Positions 1 through 9,032 of a stretch of 64,000 nt of DNA are shown here, in pieces. The number at the start of each line of letters is the position of its first letter. Within the stretch, counting starts at the first letter, position 1. The translations under genes and the position numbers were made by a program. The stretch comes from Candidatus Moraniibacteriota bacterium (GTDB lineage: Bacteria > Patescibacteriota > Minisyncoccia > Moranbacterales > UBA1568). The DNA lies in the NCBI GenBank assembly GCA_013334575.1, contig JAAXXG010000003.1, positions 12,699 through 76,698 of the forward strand. The letters run 5' to 3'. The notes under the pieces were generated by a model, which did not search any database, was not told the origin of the DNA, and was given only the letters and a program-made list of their open reading frames with translations.

Positions 1-926
1 GGGATATCCCGTACGAGCGCGTCATCTTCTCGAACTTCGACTGCGATACCGTCGCGCACCCCGAGTATTTTTCGGCGCTCGCGTATCATTACGTGACCGA
101 TCCGGACCGGCTTCGCCGGGCGTACCAGCCGCTCCCCATGTATCACAACAATCTCTGGGATACCAACGCCTTCGTCCGGGTGACGGTCACCGGCTCGTCG
201 TTCTGGCACATGTATCAGGGGACGCGCAAGGAGATGGTCACGTTCTCGTCGCACTCCGAGCCGTTCGATACGCTCGTCCGGGTCGGCTATTGGCCGGTCA
301 ACATGATTTCCGAAGATTCCGTCATTTACTGGAAGGCGTTCTCGTACTTTCACGGCGATTACAAGGTGAAGCTCATCCCGCTCCCGGTCTCGCTCGATGC
401 GGTGCTCGCGGATACCTACGTGAAGACCCTCGGAAACGCGTATAAGCAGAACCGGCGCTGGGCGTACGGCGTAGAGAATTTCCCGGTCATGATGCGGGCG
501 TTCTGGCCGGACCGGAAGATGCCGCTTCGGAAGAAGCTTCGGGTCACGGAGGAGATTCTCGAGGGGCACCTGTCCTGGGCGACGGCTCCGCTCATCCTTT
601 CCTTCCTGGGATGGCTGCCGCTCTTTCTCGGCGGGACCGCGTTCAACGAGAGCGTGCTCGCACACAACCTTCCGGTCGTCACCCGCACCCTCATGACGCT
701 TTCCATGGGCGGACTCGTCACGCTCGTCTTCGTCTCGTTCCTCATGCTGCCGAAGCGGCCGGAACGCTACGGCCCGTGGCGGACGGTCTTCATGTTCGCA
801 CAGTGGTTTCTGGCCCCGTTCGTAGCCCTGCTCATGGCGACTCCCGCACTCGACGCGCAGACGCGTCTTTTGACCGCAAACTACTTCGGAGAGTTCTGGG
901 TGACCGAGAAGGTGCGGAAGAAATAG
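1..926 (+). CDS. Glycosyltransferase family 2, 5'-truncated at the window edge, with C-terminal TM helices
   Basis: The reading frame is open from position 3 with no upstream stop. It has a QNRRWAYG (QxxRW) motif typical of processive GT2 enzymes, followed by hydrophobic helices. The stop is at 924-926. Confidence 0.6.
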   Translation, partial: DIPYERVIFSNFDCDTVAHPEYFSALAYHYVTDPDRLRRAYQPLPMYHNNLWDTNAFVRVTVTGSSFWHMYQGTRKEMVTFSSHSEPFDTLVRVGYWPVNMISEDSVIYWKAFSYFHGDYKVKLIPLPVSLDAVLADTYVKTLGNAYKQNRRWAYGVENFPVMMRAFWPDRKMPLRKKLRVTEEILEGHLSWATAPLILSFLGWLPLFLGGTAFNESVLAHNLPVVTRTLMTLSMGGLVTLVFVSFLMLPKRPERYGPWRTVFMFAQWFLAPFVALLMATPALDAQTRLLTANYFGEFWVTEKVRKK

Positions 927-947
927 GGCGCGATCAGGACTCCGCCT

Positions 948-1976
948 ATGGATATTCTCTCGAGTCGGCCGTATCTGTTCCCGTTCCTGTCCGCATTTTT
1001 TCTGTCGGTCCTGTTTCTGTCGTTCGTTCCCGTGCTTGATCGGAGATTCTTGTCGAAGAGGAAAGAGAGCGGGCGTTCCCATAAGCCGCTGCCGCGACTC
1101 GGCGGTGTCGCACTCGTCCTTTCCTTTCTGGTCGCGCTTCTTTTTGAGCGGAGTATCGTCTCGTCAGGTCCGTTCCTCGGTCTCGTTTCGGGCTCCGTAC
1201 TCATCCTTTTCTTCGGTTTCCGGGACGATATCGTGCCGATTCCGTGGCCGGTACAGCTCCTGTTTCAGACGGGTCTCGCGATCCTTCTCTTCATATCCGG
1301 CATGCGAGCCTGGGTCATGACGAACCCGTTCGGAAACCCGGTCTTCCTTCATCCGGAGTCGGTCATCTGGCCGAGCCTGCTGATCGGAGCTTTCTTTACG
1401 CTTCTCATCATGAACGCGATCAACTGGGCCGACGGCGTAGACGGTCTTCTCGGCGGGATCTCGTTTCCGGCGTTCGCCGTTCTCTTTCTCGTGAGTCTTC
1501 GTCCCGAGGTCGGTCAGCCGACGGTCGCGATTCTCTCTGTCATGTTTGCCGGACTCTCGCTCGGGTTGCTCGTCTTCAATGTGCCGCCGGCCAGGCTCCT
1601 GGCCGGAACCGCAGGGTCGTATTTTCTGGGGTTCGGTATCGCCGCTTTAGCGCTCTTCTCGGGCGCCAAGATCGCGACGACCCTTCTGGTACTCTCCGTT
1701 CCGGTTCTCGATGTCTGTTTCGTCATCGCTTCGCGGATTCGCGCGCGGCATTCGCCGTTTCGGGGCGGGGACGAACGGCACCTGCACGACCGGCTTCGCA
1801 ATGCCGGATGGTCCGACGGGGCCATCATGATCTTTTTCACCTTCGTTTCAGCTATTTCGGGTATCGCCGCGCTCGTGTTGCCCGCCATGGGGAAGGCATT
1901 CTTTCTCCTCGCGCTCGGAGCGGGATTCGTATTCTTCGTGTCAAGCCTCGGAAACGTGACAAAAAAGGAAGTATGA
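948..1976 (+). CDS. UDP-HexNAc:polyprenyl-phosphate HexNAc-1-phosphate transferase (WecA/MraY/TagO family, GT4)
   Basis: The protein is multi-pass membrane. It carries the NAINWADGVDGL motif (NxxNxxDGxDGL) and the DERHLHDRL C-terminal motif of the MraY/WecA superfamily. Confidence 0.75.
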   Translation: MDILSSRPYLFPFLSAFFLSVLFLSFVPVLDRRFLSKRKESGRSHKPLPRLGGVALVLSFLVALLFERSIVSSGPFLGLVSGSVLILFFGFRDDIVPIPWPVQLLFQTGLAILLFISGMRAWVMTNPFGNPVFLHPESVIWPSLLIGAFFTLLIMNAINWADGVDGLLGGISFPAFAVLFLVSLRPEVGQPTVAILSVMFAGLSLGLLVFNVPPARLLAGTAGSYFLGFGIAALALFSGAKIATTLLVLSVPVLDVCFVIASRIRARHSPFRGGDERHLHDRLRNAGWSDGAIMIFFTFVSAISGIAALVLPAMGKAFFLLALGAGFVFFVSSLGNVTKKEV

Positions 1977-2452
1977 TCCACATTGATCGGAAAGCTCTCC
2001 GCCTTTATGCTCTTGCCATGCTGCCGGTCGTGATCGCTATGGCGTGGTTCGTGCTCCGCTCCGATCATGCGCCCGAAACGGGTGTCGTTCGTGTTTCGCC
2101 CAGAACGATACGCGTAGCGGTCGGCGGACGGGAGTTTTCGGCCGAGGTCGCGGACACGCCTTCGTCGCGGGAACTCGGTCTCGGGAACCGTGATTCGCTC
2201 TGTGATTCGTGCGCGATGCTGTTTCGGTTTGATATGCCCGGGGAATACGGTTTTTGGATGAAGGGTATGCGGTTCCCGCTCGACATCACCTGGATCCGGG
2301 ACGGAAGAATCGTCCATATCGAACGGGAAGTGTCACCGGAGAAGGAGAGGGTGATGCATCCCGGAACGACCGCGACCGAAGTGCTCGAGACGAATGCCGG
2401 CGCACTTTCGGAATCGAAGGAAGGCGATGCTATCGAAATTTCCGCTTCCTGA
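1973..2452 (+). CDS. DUF192 domain protein
   Basis: The ATG at 1973 overlaps the upstream stop as ATGA. It has an N-terminal TM segment and a GYGFWMKGMRFPLDITWI motif like DUF192. Confidence 0.55.
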   Translation: MIHIDRKALRLYALAMLPVVIAMAWFVLRSDHAPETGVVRVSPRTIRVAVGGREFSAEVADTPSSRELGLGNRDSLCDSCAMLFRFDMPGEYGFWMKGMRFPLDITWIRDGRIVHIEREVSPEKERVMHPGTTATEVLETNAGALSESKEGDAIEISAS

Positions 2453-2504
2453 AAAAAGATCGGATCGCATGGAAAAGCCTCGTTGTACTCTTCCGACAAC
2501 GAAC

Positions 2505-2526
2505 GAGACGGGGCATGCCCCGTCTC
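2505..2526. terminator. Perfect 22-bp palindrome GAGACGGGGCATGCCCCGTCTC between convergent genes; candidate bidirectional terminator
   Basis: This GC-rich perfect inverted repeat lies between the + gene ending at 2452 and the - gene ending at 2573. An identical copy sits at 5838-5865. Confidence 0.4.
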
Positions 2527-2572
2527 TACGGTAAGATAATCGAGTAAGTTTCGGGGTGTCCGGTTTTCCGGC

Positions 2573-4087
2573 TTACTTCTTCCCACTTTCACGCTCCGCG
2601 TCTTCCTCGCGCTGGGCACGGCGGATTTTGGCTTTGGCACTCGAGGTCTTCACGAACCGCAGCCAGTCGGCGTTCGGCTTCTTACGATCCTTGGCGACGA
2701 GAATCTCGACGACCTGGCCGTTTTTGATGACCGAGTCGAGCGGTGCCATCTTGCCGTCGATCTTGGCGCCGACGGCGTGTTCGCCGACCTCGGTATGGAT
2801 GGCATAGGCGAAGTCGACCGGAGTCGCCTCTTCGGGAAGCTCGATGATGTCTCCTTTCGGCGTGAAGGCGAAGATGTGGTTCTTGAAGAACTCGATCTTG
2901 AGACCGCGCAGGAATTCCTCGTCGTCACGACCGACCTCCTTTTGCCATTCGCGCAGCTGGGCGACCCAGGCGACCTCCTTCGGTTTGCCGGTCGTCGCGG
3001 CCTTGCGTCCGAAGACGAACTGTCGCCATCCGCCGCGTTCCTTCTCGGTGTAGATCCAGTGCGCCGCGATGCCGTATTCGGCCTCGTCGTGCATCTTCTG
3101 CGTCCGTATCTGAAGCTCGAAGATCCGGCCTTCCGGACCGAAGACGGTCGTATGGAGGGATTGATAGCCGTTCGGTTTCGGGAGCGAGATATAGTCCTTG
3201 ATGCGGCCGACGAGCGGGCGGTACCGTTTATGGACGGCTCCCAGGGTCTCGTAGCAGTCGACGATCTCGGGGACGATGATGCGGACCGCGATGAGGTCGT
3301 ACACGCGCGAGACTTCCATGTCGTGTTTCTCCAGCTTCCGGAAGAGCCGGTAGAGGTGTTTGGTTCGGCCGTCGATCGCGATGATTTTTATGCCGTCGCC
3401 CTCGAGTTCCTTCCGGAGCTGCTGCATGACGCGCTCAAGGTAGGACTTTCCCTCGCGGATATACGTCTCCTCGACCTTTCGCATCTCCTCGTAGTGTTCC
3501 GGGTCGAGATACCGGAAGGATAGGTCCTCGAGTTCTCCTTTTATCTCGCTGATACCGAGCCGGTTGGCGATCTGCGCGAAGATCTCCATCGTCTCCCGGG
3601 CGATGCGTTGCCGTTTCTCGGGCGGGAGCGCATCGAGCGTGCGCATATTGTGAAGCCGGTCGGCGAGCTTGATGATGACGACACGGATGTCCGACGCCAT
3701 CGCGAGGAACATCTTGCGGAGGTTCTCGAGGAAGTATTCCTCGTGCGAGCCGCGGAGCTTGATCTTGCCGAGCTTGGTGATGCCGTCGACGAGCGAGGCG
3801 ACCTCGGTCCCGAACCGCTTAGAGACCTCCTCGAGGGTGTGTTCGGTATCTTCGGGGACATCGTGAAGCAGGCCGGCCGCGAGGGTTTCCTTGTCCATGC
3901 CCATGTCCGCGAGGATCTTGGCGACGGCGATCGAATGCGTGACGTATGGTTCGCCGGATTTCCGTTCCTGTCCCTCATGGGCCTGCACCGCGAACGTAAA
4001 CGCCTCCTCGATGAAGCGGCGCTCTTCGGTCGAGAAGGGGCGGCGTGATGCCTTGAGGATATTGTCGAGTTCGTGCTTCGGGTTCAT
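2573..4087 (-). CDS. rel: Bifunctional (p)ppGpp synthetase/hydrolase Rel/SpoT, short form (504 aa) with HD, synthetase and TGS domains only
   Basis: It has the HD motif (LLHDVPEDT), the synthetase motif GYQSLHTTV and a TGS region. The true start is the ATG at 4085-4087. The listed 1092-aa ORF is an artefactual extension running antisense to pyk. Confidence 0.85.
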   Translation of the reverse strand: MNPKHELDNILKASRRPFSTEERRFIEEAFTFAVQAHEGQERKSGEPYVTHSIAVAKILADMGMDKETLAAGLLHDVPEDTEHTLEEVSKRFGTEVASLVDGITKLGKIKLRGSHEEYFLENLRKMFLAMASDIRVVIIKLADRLHNMRTLDALPPEKRQRIARETMEIFAQIANRLGISEIKGELEDLSFRYLDPEHYEEMRKVEETYIREGKSYLERVMQQLRKELEGDGIKIIAIDGRTKHLYRLFRKLEKHDMEVSRVYDLIAVRIIVPEIVDCYETLGAVHKRYRPLVGRIKDYISLPKPNGYQSLHTTVFGPEGRIFELQIRTQKMHDEAEYGIAAHWIYTEKERGGWRQFVFGRKAATTGKPKEVAWVAQLREWQKEVGRDDEEFLRGLKIEFFKNHIFAFTPKGDIIELPEEATPVDFAYAIHTEVGEHAVGAKIDGKMAPLDSVIKNGQVVEILVAKDRKKPNADWLRFVKTSSAKAKIRRAQREEDAERESGKK

Positions 4088-4225
4088 TGGGGTTCGTGTT
4101 CCGGATTCCGTCCATCTTACTATACGGAGGAAAGCCTTCCTTTCGCAAGTTTCCATTCGGAGGGACTTGATTTTTCCGGGGAATGCGGTATAATCCGTCA
4201 GTCCGTAACCATTCACCGAAGCGGT

Positions 4226-5644
4226 ATGCAGCAGGGAAAGAAGACGAAGATCGTCGCGACCATCGGTCCGGCGACGACCAGCGAAGCGGTCCTGACGAAA
4301 CTCGTGAAGTCCGGCCTCAACGTCATGCGACTCAACTTCTCGCACGGCGACTTTGCCGAACATCAGGAGAAAGTCGATAACCTCCGGAAGGTCACGGAAA
4401 AGCTCGGCACCCCGGTCGCGGTCCTGCAGGACCTTTCCGGTCCGAAGATCCGTATCGGCGATTTCTATAAGGAGCGCGTCATCCTCAAGGAGGGGGACGA
4501 GTTCGTTCTCACGACCGAGAAGTGCGTCGGCGACGAACATCGCGCGTACATCAACTATCCGAAGCTTCCGGCCGAGATCGAGGTCGGGCGTTTCATCATG
4601 GTCGACGACGGCAAGAAGAAGCTCCAGGTGCTTTCCGTGAAGGGGAACGAGATCCGGACGAAGATCATCGTCGGCGGCGAGACCAAGGGACGCCGCGGCG
4701 TGAACCTGCCCGGTACCGACCTCTCGATCAGCTCGCTTACCGCGAAAGACAAGAAGGACATCGAGTTCGGCGTGAAGAACAGGGTGGACTTCATGGCGCT
4801 CTCGTTCGTGCGTCGCGCGTCGGATGTTCACGAGCTCCGTCGCATCCTCGAGAAGAAGGGGCTTCCGGCGCAGATCGTCGTGAAGCTCGAGACGACGCAG
4901 GCGATGGACAACCTCGAGGAGATCATCCGTGCGACCGACGCGGTCATGGTGGCGCGCGGCGACCTCGCGGTCGAGGTGCCGGCCGAACAGGTGCCGCTCC
5001 TCCAGAAGCGGATCGTCCAGATGTCGCGCGAGCTCGGCAAGCCGGTCATCGTCGCGACGCAGATGCTCGAGTCGATGATCAACTCGCCGGTGCCGACGCG
5101 CGCCGAGGTGAGCGACGTGGCAAACGCCATCCTCGACGGTGCCGACGCGGTCATGCTCTCCGAGGAGACGACGCTCGGCAAGTATCCGGTCGAGGCGGTC
5201 TCGATGATGTCCAAGGTGGCCATGGAAGTCGAGGCGGCCCCGTATACCCGTCCGGTCATCAACGGCGATGAGCTTGACCTCGATTCCGTCGCCGAATCGG
5301 TCTCCGAGGCGGTCGAATTCGTGGCGTATTCCGTCGATGCCAAGGCGATTGTCGCCCTGTCGCAGTCCGGGTTCACGATGCGTGCCATCTCGCGCTACCG
5401 ACCGGATCAGCCGATCGTCGTGCTGACGCCCGACGAGCGGACGGTCCGTCGCGCCTGTCTCTCTTACGGCTGCTACGGCTATCATGTCGATTCCTTCAAG
5501 GAGATTTCGGAAGCGGTCGCCGAGGCATCGGCGATCCTGAAGAAGGAGAAGTACGCCAAGAAGGGCGACCGGTTCGTCGTTTCCGGCGGAGCACCGCTCG
5601 GCAAGGGCGGCGAGACGAACTTCGTCATGGTCCGGACGGCATAG
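4226..5644 (+). CDS. pyk: Pyruvate kinase
   Basis: The N-terminus reads KTKIVATIGPATTSEAVL and the protein contains MVARGDLAVEVP. It is 472 aa and starts at the ATG at 4226. Confidence 0.9.
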   Translation: MQQGKKTKIVATIGPATTSEAVLTKLVKSGLNVMRLNFSHGDFAEHQEKVDNLRKVTEKLGTPVAVLQDLSGPKIRIGDFYKERVILKEGDEFVLTTEKCVGDEHRAYINYPKLPAEIEVGRFIMVDDGKKKLQVLSVKGNEIRTKIIVGGETKGRRGVNLPGTDLSISSLTAKDKKDIEFGVKNRVDFMALSFVRRASDVHELRRILEKKGLPAQIVVKLETTQAMDNLEEIIRATDAVMVARGDLAVEVPAEQVPLLQKRIVQMSRELGKPVIVATQMLESMINSPVPTRAEVSDVANAILDGADAVMLSEETTLGKYPVEAVSMMSKVAMEVEAAPYTRPVINGDELDLDSVAESVSEAVEFVAYSVDAKAIVALSQSGFTMRAISRYRPDQPIVVLTPDERTVRRACLSYGCYGYHVDSFKEISEAVAEASAILKKEKYAKKGDRFVVSGGAPLGKGGETNFVMVRTA

Positions 5645-5780
5645 TCGAATCTCCAATTTCGAATTTTGAATCTCGAAACGGGGAAATCGCAGTCGATTGG
5701 GCTTAGCGAAGTAATCTTGTCGAGAGAGTCGGAGTACGTTCCACGGTTTCGGTTTTGTGGTGATATGTGATGAACGTAGA

Positions 5781-5804
5781 GACGCCCCACCGGGGCGTCT
5801 TTTG
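5781..5804 (+). terminator. Rho-independent terminator hairpin (AGACGCCCC-a-CCGGGGCGTCT followed by TTTT)
   Basis: A GC stem followed by a T-run lies about 137 nt downstream of pyk. Confidence 0.5.
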
Positions 5805-5837
5805 TACTTATCGGAATAGAAGAAAATCGCCTTCTTG

Positions 5838-5865
5838 TAGAGACGGGGCATGCCCCGTCTCTACC
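5838..5865. repeat. Second copy of the palindrome GTAGAGACGGGGCATGCCCCGTCTCTAC
   Basis: It matches the element at 2505-2526 and again lies between convergent genes (pyk and topA). Confidence 0.5.
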
Positions 5866-6052
5866 GGAAACATGAACAGCGTGTAGTCCAAAAACCGCAC
5901 TTATGGTCGAAATCGATTTTCAAAAATCGAAATCAATAATAGTCATTTTTTACGGCTTATATAAGCTGTAATTTTCAGACGAAATTAGATTTAGAAATTT
6001 GAAATCGAAAAAACAGACCCTGATTCGTTTTAGGGCCTGTTTTTTCGCGTTC

Positions 6053-8212
6053 CTATTTCTTCTCCATCTTGTGCGGGTTGTGGTTTGGGCACGATTTATC
6101 TGAACATCGTTCCGGGATGGTTTTCGTGCCTTCCATCATGAGCGCGCCGCAGAGGGGACAGAGCGCGCCGGTCGGCTTGGCCTTGATGGCGTTCTTGCAG
6201 TCGGGGTAGTTGGAGCAGGAATAGAACGTGCCGAATCGGCCGCGTTTCTCGACCATCTCTCCCTTGCCACACTTCGGGCATTTCACCCCGGTCGTCGGCT
6301 GTGATGAAGCATCCTTCTTGATGTACTTGCACTTGGGGTAGTTTCCGCAGGAAACGAACGTTCCGTAGCGGCCCTGCCGTTCGACGAGGTCGCCGCCGCA
6401 GTCGGGGCACTTCTCGCCGGTCGGCTTCGGTCCTTCGATCTCCTTACCTTCCATCGTGAGGGCTCCGTCGCAGTCCGGATACTTCGAGCAGGAAAGGAAC
6501 TTCCCGGACTTGCCGAGTTTGATGACCATCGAGGATCCGCACTTCGGGCACTTGTGCTTCTCGTCGGCTTCGCCGAGATGGGTCGCCTTGCCGGTTTCCT
6601 TGTCCTTCCGCTTCACGGCCTTCGCGAAGGGGCCGTAGAAGTCGCCGAGCGTCTTGGCATAGTCACGTTTCCCGTCTGCGATCTCGTCGAGTTCGTCCTC
6701 CATCTCCGCGGTCAGCGTGTCCGAGACGACGTCCGGAAAATGATCGGACAGGAATCCGTCCACGACCTCGCCGGTCTCGGTCGCCCGAAGCGCGCGGCCT
6801 TCCTTTTCGACATACTGCCGATCGATCAGCGTCTTGAGGATCGAGGCATAGGTCGACGGCCGTCCGAGGCCGCGTTTCTCGAGTTCCTTCACGAGTCCCG
6901 CTTCGGAATAGCGTTTCGGAGGCTCCGTCTGCTTCTCCTCGTCGCGGATATCGGTGAGCGAGAGCGGTTCGCCGGCATGTAATTTCGGCAGTTCGACGTC
7001 GTCGCGGCGCGCGTCCGGGTCGGCGGCGAGCCATCCTGGCGTGACGAGGCGCGAACCGGTCACCGCGAAATCGGGGAGCGCGCGGTCCGTCGTGTTGGCG
7101 ACGACCTTGGTGCGGAGGAGCTCGGCCGGCTTCATCTGCGAGGCGAGCGTGCGCGTGCGGATGAGTCGGTAGAGTTTCAGCTGGTCGGCCGGGAGCGCGG
7201 GGAGTTTTCCGAACGAGGTCGGCCGGATCGCTTCGTGTGCCTCCTGCGCGTTCTTTGATTTCGTCTTGTAACGCCGGATTGAGAGCGCATCCTCGCCGAA
7301 GGCGGATTTCACTGCCGCGGCGATATGGCCGATCGCCTCCTCGGAGAGCGAAACGCTGTCGGTACGCATGTAGGTGATGTGTCCCGCCTCGTAGAGTCGC
7401 TGGGCGAGTCGCATGGTGTTGCTTGGCGAGAAGCCGAGTCGCGAGCTCGCAGCCTGCTGCAGGGTCGAGGTCGTGAACGGAGCCGACGGGTTGCGTAGGA
7501 CTTCCGTCTCGTTCACCGAGACGACCTCCCAGTCTTTCGACTTCGCGAGCGAGAGGATCCGGTCGACCTCCTTCCGGTCGCGCGGCTCTTCGGAGCAGAG
7601 GAGTTCGAGTGCTTCCTTCTTTCCGGTTCTGCAGGACGCGGCGATCTTCCAGAACGTCTCGGGTACGAAGGCGCGGATCTCGCGCTCGCGCTGCGCGACG
7701 ATGTGGAGTGCCGGCGATTGTACCCGGCCGGCCGAGAGGCCGTATCGGACCTTTTTCCAGATAAGGCCGGAAAGGTCGTAGCCGACGAGCCGGTCGAGGA
7801 CGCGGCGGGCCTCCTGTGCCTTGCGGAGGTTCTCGTCGAGCGCGCGCGGTTCCTTGAGGGCTGCCCGGATGCCGCTCTCGGTGATCTCGTGGAAGAGGAC
7901 CCGTTTCGGAGACTTCAGTCCGCAGGCTTCGACGAGGTGCCAGGCGATCGCCTCACCTTCTCGGTCGGGGTCGGTCGCGAGCAGGATTTCCGCATTCTTC
8001 TTCGCGAGGCTGCGGATCTCGCTGACCACCTTCTCTTTGCCGGGGATCGTCTCGTAGCGGGGCACGAAACCCGCCTCGACGTCGATGGCGTTCCTGTTGG
8101 ATTTCGGCAGGTCCCGGACGTGACCGACCGAGGCGACCACGGCATAGTCCTTACCGAGGTATTTTCCTATAGTTTTGGCCTTGGAGGGAGACTCGACGAT
8201 AAGGAGTGGCAT
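6053..8212 (-). CDS. topA: DNA topoisomerase I with four C-terminal C4 zinc-ribbon repeats
   Basis: The N-terminus LLIVESPSKAKTIGKYLG begins a TOPRIM domain. The catalytic-Tyr region reads ITYMRTDS. It has four CPxCG...CxxC zinc-finger repeats. The start is the ATG at 8210-8212. Confidence 0.9.
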   Translation of the reverse strand: MPLLIVESPSKAKTIGKYLGKDYAVVASVGHVRDLPKSNRNAIDVEAGFVPRYETIPGKEKVVSEIRSLAKKNAEILLATDPDREGEAIAWHLVEACGLKSPKRVLFHEITESGIRAALKEPRALDENLRKAQEARRVLDRLVGYDLSGLIWKKVRYGLSAGRVQSPALHIVAQREREIRAFVPETFWKIAASCRTGKKEALELLCSEEPRDRKEVDRILSLAKSKDWEVVSVNETEVLRNPSAPFTTSTLQQAASSRLGFSPSNTMRLAQRLYEAGHITYMRTDSVSLSEEAIGHIAAAVKSAFGEDALSIRRYKTKSKNAQEAHEAIRPTSFGKLPALPADQLKLYRLIRTRTLASQMKPAELLRTKVVANTTDRALPDFAVTGSRLVTPGWLAADPDARRDDVELPKLHAGEPLSLTDIRDEEKQTEPPKRYSEAGLVKELEKRGLGRPSTYASILKTLIDRQYVEKEGRALRATETGEVVDGFLSDHFPDVVSDTLTAEMEDELDEIADGKRDYAKTLGDFYGPFAKAVKRKDKETGKATHLGEADEKHKCPKCGSSMVIKLGKSGKFLSCSKYPDCDGALTMEGKEIEGPKPTGEKCPDCGGDLVERQGRYGTFVSCGNYPKCKYIKKDASSQPTTGVKCPKCGKGEMVEKRGRFGTFYSCSNYPDCKNAIKAKPTGALCPLCGALMMEGTKTIPERCSDKSCPNHNPHKMEKK

Positions 8213-8237
8213 AGGCGTTCGGGATGGATGTTTTCCA

Positions 8238-9032
8238 CTATACAAGTTTGCGGAGTTCCGGCAAAGCCGCCGTCGCGGCGCGCTCACCTTCTTCGATCAG
8301 CTCGTGCGCCCTGGTGAACCGGTGCCATCGGGCGCCGGCGACCCGGGGCGCGATCATGACGTCCGCGGTCCGGGCGTCCATCGAGGCGAGGTGGTGTCGG
8401 AGGATGTTGAGCGACCGGTCGGCGATATCGGGGAGGCGGAAGTCCTCCTCCTCTCCCGGATGGTGGTGGTTGAGATTGACCGCGATGACCGTGTCGGATC
8501 CCATCCTCCGTACGGTTTCGACCGGTACCGGCGACGAGAGACCGCCGTCGGCGAGCAGTCGTCCTCCGATCCGGACCGGACGGAAGACGAGCGGGACGGA
8601 GATGCTCGCGCGGATGGCGGCTGCCATAGGGCCGCGATCGAGCACGACGGCCTCTCCGGTCCGCAGGTCGGTCGCTACGGCAGCGAATGGGAGGCGGCAT
8701 TCCTCTATCAGTCCGCCTCCGATGCGTTCGTCGAGGAATCGTTTTACCTTGTCGCCGCGGATGAGACCCTGCCGGATATGCGGGTCGAGGAGCGAGAAGA
8801 GAAGTTTCCAGTCCGCAGCGGTGGCGAGCGTCTCAATCTCATCGACCCGCATGCCGGTCGCGTAGAGACCGCCGATGACCGCGCCGATGCTCGATCCGGC
8901 GATCGCATCTATCGGAATACGTTCGCGTTCGAGGATCTTGAGCACCCCGATGATGGAGAGTCCCTTCGCACTGCCGCTTCCGAGCGCGAGTCCGACCGTG
9001 CGTTTCGATGAATGGACCGTTCCGTTGCTCAT
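8238..9032 (-). CDS. Patatin-like phospholipase
   Basis: It has an oxyanion GxGxxG motif (GSGSAKG), the GxSxG nucleophile (GSSIG) and a DGG motif (ADGGL). Its start overlaps the dprA stop as ATGA. Confidence 0.75.
   Translation of the reverse strand: MSNGTVHSSKRTVGLALGSGSAKGLSIIGVLKILERERIPIDAIAGSSIGAVIGGLYATGMRVDEIETLATAADWKLLFSLLDPHIRQGLIRGDKVKRFLDERIGGGLIEECRLPFAAVATDLRTGEAVVLDRGPMAAAIRASISVPLVFRPVRIGGRLLADGGLSSPVPVETVRRMGSDTVIAVNLNHHHPGEEEDFRLPDIADRSLNILRHHLASMDARTADVMIAPRVAGARWHRFTRAHELIEEGERAATAALPELRKLV

Noticed and set aside
1244-1972. N-terminal 240 aa of the + ORF 1244..2452
   Set aside because: It is out of frame to the WecA-like gene and Arg/Ser-rich low complexity. Only the in-frame tail from the ATG at 1973 (DUF192) looks genuine.
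4088-5851. Upstream 588-aa portion of the 1092-aa minus-strand ORF 2573..5851
   Set aside because: It runs antisense to the well-supported pyruvate kinase gene and has no recognisable motifs. High GC inflates antisense ORFs. Rel starts at the ATG at 4087 (MNPKHELD...).
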